DNA from: an uncultured virus (IMG/VR IMGVR_UViG_3300008107_000013)
Taxonomy: Duplodnaviria > Heunggongvirae > Uroviricota > Caudoviricetes
Strand: one strand, 5' to 3'
Length of the DNA stretch: 20,000 nucleotides
Virus record (IMG/VR): IMGVR_UViG_3300008107_000013
The position numbers and the translations under genes are program-made. The notes beneath the pieces are model-generated. The model was not told the origin of the DNA and did not search any database. It worked only from the letters and a program-made list of their open reading frames with translations. Positions 8,321 to 15,603 of the stretch are shown here, piece after piece (position 1 is the first letter of the stretch; each line of letters opens with the position of its first letter).

Positions 8321-8717
8321 TTATTCTTCTCCTTAGTTCTGAGGTACTAAAACCATGTTCACGGTTGTTAAAATAAAGTTCTATATTATTATCTAGGCAG
8401 TATTGTTTAGCGGTAAAATCGCGCCCGTGATAATCAGCACCAATAAATCTGACGTTAGGTTTGACCGATCTTAATATTTCTTCTATTTCGGTTTCGTACA
8501 CATATGGTACTATTTCATCTATGTATCTGCAAGAATTTAATTGTACATAGCGCTCAAACATGCTTTGAACTGGTTTGTTTTTTTCCTGCCTCTCTATTGA
8601 TGGATCTGCTTGTAATCCTACAATAAGATATTCACAATTCTGTTTGCATTCTCCAAACATTAAATTATGTCCGGCATGACATAAATCAAATGCGCCAAAT
8701 GTAATGCCTGTTTTCAA
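8295..8717 (-). CDS. TagD/RfaE-II-like cytidylyl/adenylyltransferase
   Basis: GAFDLCHAGH (HxGH), IGADY and REHGFSTS motifs. Confidence 0.88.
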   Translation of the reverse strand: MKTGITFGAFDLCHAGHNLMFGECKQNCEYLIVGLQADPSIERQEKNKPVQSMFERYVQLNSCRYIDEIVPYVYETEIEEILRSVKPNVRFIGADYHGRDFTAKQYCLDNNIELYFNNREHGFSTSELRRRISAHTSNRL

Positions 8718-8980
8718 TCAATTGCTCCAAACTGGACTTCTTTAATAGAATCATATCTAAATGAGCGCCACTCTTTTTTATCTAAATCCCATACGGCTAA
8801 AGTCTCATCGTTATGAGTTTTTACTCTATCAGTTTTCTTTTCATGAGGGGTAATAACGCCTTCACGTAGAGTACATTTCATCACTCGCTCGGTACCGTCT
8901 TTTTTTGTAAACGTTACTTTTGCATCCATCAATTTTAATTTATCGCCTAACCAGTCTTTATATCCGCTCATTGCAATCAT
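8714..8980 (-). CDS. SH3/WYL-like beta-barrel protein (DUF2693-like)
   Basis: VTFTKKDGTERVMKCTL...VWDLDKKEWRSFR signature; GGAG RBS. Confidence 0.8.
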   Translation of the reverse strand: MIAMSGYKDWLGDKLKLMDAKVTFTKKDGTERVMKCTLREGVITPHEKKTDRVKTHNDETLAVWDLDKKEWRSFRYDSIKEVQFGAID

Positions 8981-8992
8981 TTTATCTCCAAT

Positions 8993-9017
8993 AAAAAAGG
9001 GGACACTAAGTCCCCTT
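8993..9017 (-). terminator. Rho-independent terminator
   Basis: AGGGGAC-TTAGT-GTCCCCT hairpin running into a T tract, downstream of the 9039 ORF stop. Confidence 0.85.
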
Positions 9018-9038
9018 ATTGTACACTAAACTAGACTA

Positions 9039-9296
9039 TTAAACCAGTCCAGCTGCCATAGCGCGGTAGCCTGCTGCAACAACTGAGCGCTTGGGGGTAC
9101 CAAGGCGATACTTGTTAACAACGCGACCTTTAGTGTCTACATGCTTGTTTAAGTAGATAGGGAGACCCTCTTCTAAACGGAGCATAGAGACTACTTTGCT
9201 TGGGGAACCAATACCAAATTGTGAGGCAATTTGCTTGGCCGACAGTTGCTTACCTTCAAAGAAGGCTTTAGTAAGTTTCTGTTTCTGTGACATCAT
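9039..9296 (-). CDS. Small basic putative winged-helix DNA-binding protein
   Basis: LSAKQIASQFGIGSPSKVVSMLR...KYRLGTP; AAAGGAAA RBS favours a start at 9296 over 9311; flanked by its own promoter and terminator. Confidence 0.78.
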   Translation of the reverse strand: MMSQKQKLTKAFFEGKQLSAKQIASQFGIGSPSKVVSMLRLEEGLPIYLNKHVDTKGRVVNKYRLGTPKRSVVAAGYRAMAAGLV

Positions 9297-9343
9297 AGTA
9301 TTTCCTTTCATAAGTTGAGTGGTTTATTTACTACCACCCTTTC

Positions 9344-9372
9344 AGTATAGTGGCCACTAATCAAAATATCAA
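9344..9372 (-). promoter_or_regulatory. sigma70-like promoter
   Basis: TTGATA-N17-TATACT. Confidence 0.78.
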
Positions 9373-9375
9373 GTA

Positions 9376-9540
9376 TTACTGTGTACCCTTTTGAAGGACG
9401 GTAAATTCATGTCTCTGACTAGAAATATCAGCAAGTATAAAACATTTTTTAATACGTTTAGCTGCAGCTTGATCCTTCATGCCAAGTAATATCCGTTTAT
9501 ATACTCTGGACATTTTATAATTTTTATCTGTTAGTTTCAT
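9376..9540 (-). CDS. Small basic hypothetical protein (54 aa)
   Basis: Manual translation MKLTDKNYKMSRVYKRILLGMKDQAAAKRIKKCFILADISSQRHEFTVLQKGTQ; ATGA overlap with the upstream ORF. Confidence 0.65.
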   Translation of the reverse strand: MKLTDKNYKMSRVYKRILLGMKDQAAAKRIKKCFILADISSQRHEFTVLQKGTQ

Positions 9541-9725
9541 TTATTTTTCACCTGAAAGTAAGAGTCCTTAGCGTATTTTAGTACGCGCCCGTTTTGTCTA
9601 ACTACAAAATAAAGTTTGCCCTCAATGACATCTTCATTGATAATATCACAAATAACGATCTCATTTGATAGTCTGTTTTTTAAACAAACATTAGTAATAG
9701 TTTTAAATTGTTTTCTATTGTTCAT
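9537..9725 (-). CDS. Hypothetical protein (62 aa)
   Basis: ATGA overlaps at both ends. Confidence 0.7.
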   Translation of the reverse strand: MNNRKQFKTITNVCLKNRLSNEIVICDIINEDVIEGKLYFVVRQNGRVLKYAKDSYFQVKNK

Positions 9726-10273
9726 GATCGGTTAAAGTGTAGACCAGCTTTTGTAACGTAATAGCTATCTATAATATCTGATACTGGGTTACTAGCTGAC
9801 TTTGATAATTTTAAATGGTTTCTTACATCAAATCCAGTTTCCATTAGAAACGATTCTTCCATGGCCTGTTTGTTAGAGTTACCCTTGCCTGTTGCAGTCT
9901 TTTTTATTACAGTTGGAGGAATAGTAGTAAAAGGTAATCCTTTTCTCCATAATAAGTATTTTAGTATGCCGCAATTCTCTGCAATATTAAATACTCTCCC
10001 CGTCGACGCAAAAGAATAATCTTCTATAAAAACATATTGAGGCATGTTGTCTGCTATCACCTGTATAATCCATTGAGATATGTGGTGATACCTTTCCTCA
10101 TTGGTTTTATAGGGAGGTATTAAAGTACCGTATGTGGGGTGTTTAGAGCAGGCGAGCTTTTCTACAGACGTGAGATAGAAAAAAGAACAGAAGTCTAAAC
10201 TAACTTCTGTACCTTCAAACAAGCAAATCGCCGGGCTTGTAAGTGATAGATCAATCCCTAATATCTTCGTCAT
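9722..10273 (-). CDS. RuvC-like Holliday junction resolvase
   Basis: ILGIDLSLT, VFIEDY, IKKTATGKGNSNK and SDIIDSY catalytic pattern. Confidence 0.88.
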   Translation of the reverse strand: MTKILGIDLSLTSPAICLFEGTEVSLDFCSFFYLTSVEKLACSKHPTYGTLIPPYKTNEERYHHISQWIIQVIADNMPQYVFIEDYSFASTGRVFNIAENCGILKYLLWRKGLPFTTIPPTVIKKTATGKGNSNKQAMEESFLMETGFDVRNHLKLSKSASNPVSDIIDSYYVTKAGLHFNRS

Positions 10274-10406
10274 CTAAATCATCATCTTCTTCTTGCTCAA
10301 TTTCTGTGCCGCAAAATGGGCAGAAACTAACTTGTGAACCTTTTTCTAATAAACTGTCAACAGTAAATTCTTCATCACAATCGTAACAAGTAATTGATGC
10401 TGTCAT
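10251..10406 (-). CDS. Small zinc-ribbon protein with acidic tail (51 aa)
   Basis: Manual translation MTASITCYDCDEEFTVDSLLEKGSQVSFCPFCGTEIEQEEDDDLDDEDIRD; AGGAG RBS; ATGA overlap with the deaminase. Confidence 0.82.
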   Translation of the reverse strand: MTASITCYDCDEEFTVDSLLEKGSQVSFCPFCGTEIEQEEDDDLDDEDIRD

Positions 10407-10834
10407 ACAATCTCCTGAAAGGTGTCTATACCAGCTTTATGTAGCAGATCTAGTCCTTTAGTATCTCTATAACTATTTTTCCAATAGACTGATTTGATAC
10501 CAGCCTGTACGATCATTTTAGCGCACTCCACACACGGTGCATGCGTAAGAAACATGGTACTGTCTTGACCTGAGTTGCCCTGCCTGGCTAATTTACAAAT
10601 TGCATTTGCCTCGGCATGAATAACTTCTGGTTTGGTCACTAACTGCGGACCATCCTCATTAAGTAATTCTTCTTCACAGTTATTATCCATTCCAGCGGGC
10701 ATGCCGTTATAGCCGAAAGAAATAATATTTTGATCTTTGACTATAACGGCTCCTACTTTCAAGCGCCTTGCATGGGAAAGGTTGGCCGAGCTTTCAGCTA
10801 CGGTCATAAAAAAATTAACAAACTTCTGTTTCAT
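10403..10834 (-). CDS. cd: dCMP deaminase
   Basis: GYNG, HAEANAI and PCVEC zinc motifs. Confidence 0.93.
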   Translation of the reverse strand: MKQKFVNFFMTVAESSANLSHARRLKVGAVIVKDQNIISFGYNGMPAGMDNNCEEELLNEDGPQLVTKPEVIHAEANAICKLARQGNSGQDSTMFLTHAPCVECAKMIVQAGIKSVYWKNSYRDTKGLDLLHKAGIDTFQEIV

Positions 10835-11274
10835 TAATTACACCAGCTTTGTTTTGCCTCACCGTAATATTCTCTGGCAAAACCATTACGAATTAATTCC
10901 GCACGAAGACTTACACCATTCAAAATAATATCTCCCAATACACGACCACCGAACTTATCCCATCCGTATAAGGTGACCTGATGTTTCTGAGTAGAGGTGA
11001 CGGCCTGTTTTGTAAATGCTGATGCCATTTCTCCTCGTTGAGCCTCGCTTGGACATTGAGCGCGGTGTCCTTTTTCTGGGGTGTCAACTCCAAATATTCT
11101 GACCGCAAGTTCTGGCTTGAACGGCTTAGGAAGAAACGGCGCACTAATAACTATAGTGTCGCCGTCGTTTACCCTTAATATTTGAGCATCGTAAGTAACG
11201 CCCTGTGGCATCTTTTGGGCGTAGGTCGGAACAGTAACAGCAATAAGTAGTGCAATAAAGATATAAAGTTTCAT
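10834..11274 (-). CDS. Thermonuclease (SNase-like) with N-terminal signal peptide
   Basis: DGDT, RIFGVDTPE and DKFGGRVLG motifs; TAAGGA RBS before MKLYIFIALLIAVTVPTYA. Confidence 0.88.
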   Translation of the reverse strand: MKLYIFIALLIAVTVPTYAQKMPQGVTYDAQILRVNDGDTIVISAPFLPKPFKPELAVRIFGVDTPEKGHRAQCPSEAQRGEMASAFTKQAVTSTQKHQVTLYGWDKFGGRVLGDIILNGVSLRAELIRNGFAREYYGEAKQSWCN

Positions 11275-11275
11275 T

Positions 11276-11470
11276 TTAGTCCTTACGTTTTGATTGTTTA
11301 AAGTAATCACACCAACCTTCTGGAGAGATGGGCCCTGATACAGCTGAGCATGCGTTGGGAGGTCTCCACATTGTACACTCTGAGCATTTTTGATTCCCTT
11401 TAGGTTTATCCTGATATTTGGCTTCTAATTTAGAATCTTTTCCTTCAGTAAATTGTTGAAAGCTTTTCAT
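11276..11470 (-). CDS. HiPIP-like [4Fe-4S] protein
   Basis: KYQDKP..QKCSEC..W....ACSAVSGPISPEGWCDYF matches the four-Cys HiPIP pattern. Confidence 0.85.
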   Translation of the reverse strand: MKSFQQFTEGKDSKLEAKYQDKPKGNQKCSECTMWRPPNACSAVSGPISPEGWCDYFKQSKRKD

Positions 11471-12450
11471 GCTGCTTTACCCCACACCTCACCCCAGTTA
11501 CCTGACAATGCGCCTTTAGCATAATCAGTAGCTCTATTCTCAAAAAAGTTAGTATGAGTAGGAGCGTTGATCATCTCTTCAACCCAAGGTAGAGGGTTCT
11601 TTTTAACTTTAAAAATACCTTTCATGCCCATGGAGATAAGACGTCTGTCAGCAATGTAACGGATGTACGTTTTTACTTGCTCGGGTGTTAAATTTTCCAT
11701 TGGTCCAATATCAAAAGCAAGGTCAATAAACTTGTCTTCTAGCTCAACCATTTTTTCAGCAATAACATATATCTTGGATTTTAAATTATCATTCCATATC
11801 TCATTATTTTCTTGAATGTAGGTCTTAAAAAGTTTAATCATGTTCTCTGTATGCATAGTTTCGTCTACGATAGACCAGGTAACTATTTGTCCCATACCTT
11901 TCATCTTTCCATGTCGAGGAAAGTTTAGTAGCATAATGAATGAAGAAAATAGTTGCATACCCTCGGTAAAAGCTGAAAACACGGCAATATGGGTTGCTGT
12001 ATTTTCTTTAGTTGTATTCTGCCCAGATAGATCTAAAACGTACTCATGCTTTTCTCTCATCTCTTGATACTCCATAAACTGGGAGTAAGTTACTTCTGGT
12101 AACCCAAGTGTCTCTATTAAGTGTGAGTAAGCAGCAATATGAAGCGCCTCTCTTGCGGCAAATCCCATAAGCATCATTCTAATTTCTGGCTGAGGGAAGT
12201 AAGGTAAGTAATTTTTAACGTATCCACCAGCTACGTCAATATCACCTTGAGTAAAGAACCTAAAGATGTTTGTAAGGAATTGTTTTTCCGAAGGAGTTAA
12301 TTTCTTTTTCCAATCCTTAACATCTTCCAGCATAGGTACTTCAGTATGAAGCCAATGAGATTGTTCGTGCTTGAGCCATGCATCGTAGGCCCAGGGGTAA
12401 TGAAATGGTTTAAATGCATTTCTCTCATCGGTCATCTTTAGCTTTGTCAT
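11467..12450 (-). CDS. nrdB: Ribonucleotide reductase class Ia beta subunit
   Basis: FFTQGD, EALHIAAY (radical Tyr), EGMQLF, DETMH and NFFENRATDY motifs. Confidence 0.97.
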   Translation of the reverse strand: MTKLKMTDERNAFKPFHYPWAYDAWLKHEQSHWLHTEVPMLEDVKDWKKKLTPSEKQFLTNIFRFFTQGDIDVAGGYVKNYLPYFPQPEIRMMLMGFAAREALHIAAYSHLIETLGLPEVTYSQFMEYQEMREKHEYVLDLSGQNTTKENTATHIAVFSAFTEGMQLFSSFIMLLNFPRHGKMKGMGQIVTWSIVDETMHTENMIKLFKTYIQENNEIWNDNLKSKIYVIAEKMVELEDKFIDLAFDIGPMENLTPEQVKTYIRYIADRRLISMGMKGIFKVKKNPLPWVEEMINAPTHTNFFENRATDYAKGALSGNWGEVWGKAA

Positions 12451-12478
12451 GAAGGTTCCTTGTTTATTATTTTGTTGG

Positions 12479-13090
12479 TTATTTATTTTTGATCCAAAAA
12501 CCTAATCTATCACCAGCCGGGCTATAATACCACGACCACCCTGTGGGGGTAATCATAGAGTCTCCTCGCCAAACTGGTACGATCTCATCAGAGTCATGAT
12601 TAGCAAAATCATCATTATAACGTAAATGTACTTCAATTACTTTATTACCAATATACTCAACATTAATCCATTCCTGGTAATACTTAAGATCGTAAAGCAT
12701 TGCAGGCAGTGGCATATTTAATTCTACCTTACACCATCGAGAAAATCGATCTAGTCTGTTAGGATCGTTTCGAAACCCCTGTACAGTTAAATGCTGATGA
12801 CCCCAATGGTAGTCTACTGATACGTGAGGACCTTTTAGTATCTCTGACCAAAAGAATCCGTCTGGAACAGCACTAGTATCTCCTTGCTCAATTCTTTTTA
12901 TTTGAGCTCCTCGACCCATCATGTAAATATTTGTAATAGGTCTAACTATATAATCTCCAGATACAGGTACTGGTATGCCGGCTGGTGCGGCTCGCACCCC
13001 TTGTCGACGAGCAACTATAAGTTTATCATAAACCCACAACCACTGCGGCTGACAAGATTCATATACATCGCAATCGCTGATAAGCTGCAT
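12479..13090 (-). CDS. Hypothetical protein, ATP-grasp-like
   Basis: DKL, YIVRP..N..MMGRGA, WSEILKG.HVSVD and INVEY...KVIEVHLR resemble ATP-grasp motifs. Confidence 0.6.
   Translation of the reverse strand: MQLISDCDVYESCQPQWLWVYDKLIVARRQGVRAAPAGIPVPVSGDYIVRPITNIYMMGRGAQIKRIEQGDTSAVPDGFFWSEILKGPHVSVDYHWGHQHLTVQGFRNDPNRLDRFSRWCKVELNMPLPAMLYDLKYYQEWINVEYIGNKVIEVHLRYNDDFANHDSDEIVPVWRGDSMITPTGWSWYYSPAGDRLGFWIKNK
12480..12487 (-). promoter_or_regulatory. Possible T4-type late promoter
   Basis: AATAAATA (cf. T4 TATAAATA) about 30 nt upstream of nrdB, overlapping the upstream stop codon. Confidence 0.35.
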
Positions 13091-13105
13091 TACCTATCTC
13101 TCTAT

Positions 13106-14902
13106 TCATCCTTCACAAGCAAGACAGGTATCACCTTCTGTTAGTGCTCTAAGATCGATCTCCTTGATTACTTCTCTTTCTATTTTCTTTGCTACTTTGT
13201 CGGCCTTGGCCAGTTTTTCACTACGACAATAATATAATGTTTTTAATCCACGTTTCCAGGCCATAAAGTGTACAGCGTGTAAGTACTTGATGTTTACGTC
13301 TGGCCTGAAAAAGAGGTTAAGGGATTGTGCTTGGTCAATGTAATCTTGTCTGTCAGCTGCGTGCTCCACAAGCCATCTTTGGTCAATCTCCATACTCGTT
13401 TTGAATACGTCTTTTGTCCAGTCATCAAGGAAATTAAGGTGCTGAACTGATCCGTCGTTTGCAATGATACTTGACCAGGTTTCATCGTAGTCCAAAGAGG
13501 TGTCCTCATTGCATTTCTCCCTAATAATTTTATCCAGCCATCGATTTTTATTTAATGATGACCCTGAAAGTGTATCTTGCCTGTAGGCGTTAGCCCGAAA
13601 AGGTTCAATCGACGGCGATGTATTTCCCATAATAATTGAACTAGAAGCATTAGGTGCAATAGCCAGCATGTGACTAAATCTATATCCGGTGCCTTGGGCG
13701 TCGGGAGCTTCCCCTCTCTCTTTTCCTAGATAGATGTTTGCTTGATCAAGCATTGCTCTAATATGTTTGAATATCTGTTTATTTCTACTTACTGCTAAAG
13801 CTGACTCCCACGGTAGATTGTTTCGTTGAAGGTAGGCGTGCCATCCAAGGGCACCAATACCGATAGAACGCTCACGCATTGCTGAATACTTAGCCCTGGA
13901 GACTTGCTCGGGGGCGTTGTCAATAAAGTATTGCAGAACGTTGTCAAGCATCTCGGCCATATCTCGAAGAAATATTGGATCGTCTTTCCACTCATCATAA
14001 TACTCTAAATTCAAAGATGATAGGCAGCATACGGCCGTTCTATCTTTATCAGTTGGTAGAATAATTTCACTACAAAGATTTGACTGCTTAATAGACAGAC
14101 CTAACTTCTTTTGAAACTCTGGCATCATCCTATTAGACGTATCAATAAAGTGTAAGTATGGTTCCCCAGTCTGCATTCTCATTTCTAAAATACGTTGCCA
14201 TAGTTCTTTGGCCGATATCTTATCCCTTACCTCACCGTTGTGTGGATCTTTTAGTTCCCAAGTATCATCACAGTGGGGGTCAATCATGCACTTTTCTAAC
14301 AGCAACATAAAATCGTCAGTAATGTTGATACCATGATGTAGGTTGAGCGTTCTCATATTAGGATCGCCCGTTGGCTTTCTCATCTCAAGAAAAATAAGAA
14401 TATCAGGATGAGAAATATCCAAATAAGCGGCATAAGAACCCCTACGCGTTCTCCCCTGTCTATAAGCCAGGCTAGAAGCATCGTAAGTACGAAGATGAGG
14501 CATAACCCCAACAGATTTATCGTCTGCCGAACGAATTCCAATACCGATTCCAACACCACCTCCTAACATCGATAACCAATTTACCTCCGAGAGACAATCC
14601 ACCAACCCTTCTGCAGAATCGTGCAAGTACGGTAGAAAGCACGAGATAGGCAGACCCCGATTAGACCGACCAAAGCTAAGAATGGGAGTAGAGTAAGAAA
14701 GCCAATGTCTAGAAGAATACTCATATAGCCTTTGCGCATGAGCTTGGTTCGTCCCAAAAGATTTAGATACATAAGCAAACCTTTCTTGAGGAGAGGTTTC
14801 GTCCTCTCTCATATAACTTTCTTTTAAACGTTTAAGCCCTAGTTCGTCAAATAATGAATCGCGGGAATAATCAACTTTGATGCCGTGAACTAGTTCTTCC
14901 AT
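13106..14902 (-). CDS. nrdA: Ribonucleotide reductase class Ia alpha subunit (short, no ATP cone)
   Basis: PISCF, QSNLCSEI, VCCLSS, IAPNASSS, KTLYY and C-terminal CLACEG. Confidence 0.97.
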   Translation of the reverse strand: MEELVHGIKVDYSRDSLFDELGLKRLKESYMREDETSPQERFAYVSKSFGTNQAHAQRLYEYSSRHWLSYSTPILSFGRSNRGLPISCFLPYLHDSAEGLVDCLSEVNWLSMLGGGVGIGIGIRSADDKSVGVMPHLRTYDASSLAYRQGRTRRGSYAAYLDISHPDILIFLEMRKPTGDPNMRTLNLHHGINITDDFMLLLEKCMIDPHCDDTWELKDPHNGEVRDKISAKELWQRILEMRMQTGEPYLHFIDTSNRMMPEFQKKLGLSIKQSNLCSEIILPTDKDRTAVCCLSSLNLEYYDEWKDDPIFLRDMAEMLDNVLQYFIDNAPEQVSRAKYSAMRERSIGIGALGWHAYLQRNNLPWESALAVSRNKQIFKHIRAMLDQANIYLGKERGEAPDAQGTGYRFSHMLAIAPNASSSIIMGNTSPSIEPFRANAYRQDTLSGSSLNKNRWLDKIIREKCNEDTSLDYDETWSSIIANDGSVQHLNFLDDWTKDVFKTSMEIDQRWLVEHAADRQDYIDQAQSLNLFFRPDVNIKYLHAVHFMAWKRGLKTLYYCRSEKLAKADKVAKKIEREVIKEIDLRALTEGDTCLACEG

Positions 14903-14922
14903 CTATTACCTCTTTATAATTT

Positions 14923-15603
14923 TTATTGTTTAATTTTGTCAATTACTGGAAATACATTACGAATAACTTTTGCACATTCTTTGGCTATTTCGATGTGTTC
15001 AAGTTGAGTGCCGTGGGCCGAACGTAGTTGAATGTAGTGAATCCATGATCTAATCGTACCATTGACATACAGTCTGGATACGGTATTACCTTCCGGGAGC
15101 ACACTGCGAGCTTGTTCTTTGGCAATCCCTTTTTCGATTGCCCAGGTATATATTTCTTTTGATTTTTCAATTAAACTCTTCTGCAATATTTCCCACTGAT
15201 AGGCAATCTTAATTTGTTCGTCATTACTTTCATCTATGGGGATGGAGTTTTGACGGTTACTATGGTCTTGAAACCTGCATTCTCTAAGAACAAAATCGAG
15301 CTCTCTAACTGGGTCACTATATCGTTGAGAGAACTCTTGGAATGAGAAACTTCTATGTCTGAGGATTTGTCTGGCAATATCTCTGGTGGTGGTGATTTCG
15401 AGACAGGCGTTGACCATTTCAAGGGGTGACCAATGTTGGTTTCGGATAAGGTATTGGATGAGTTTTTCTGATGTTTCTGTATTGGACTGATTGGCTGGAT
15501 TGGAAACCCGTGCACAGAATGCAGCAAGGTCCTGAACACTTGATAGGGTACACTCATCTAACTCTCCTGACTGGGTGGTATAGCTGATCAATCTTACTTT
15601 CAT
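14923..15603 (-). CDS. thyX: Flavin-dependent thymidylate synthase
   Basis: ARVS, HWSPLE and RHRSFSFQEFSQRY signature; likely start MKVRL with ATGA overlap on the primase stop. Confidence 0.96.
   Translation of the reverse strand: MKVRLISYTTQSGELDECTLSSVQDLAAFCARVSNPANQSNTETSEKLIQYLIRNQHWSPLEMVNACLEITTTRDIARQILRHRSFSFQEFSQRYSDPVRELDFVLRECRFQDHSNRQNSIPIDESNDEQIKIAYQWEILQKSLIEKSKEIYTWAIEKGIAKEQARSVLPEGNTVSRLYVNGTIRSWIHYIQLRSAHGTQLEHIEIAKECAKVIRNVFPVIDKIKQ

Noticed and set aside
11467..15603. Introns or inteins in nrdA, nrdB or thyX
   Set aside because: All three are continuous ORFs of normal or short length with motifs in the expected order.
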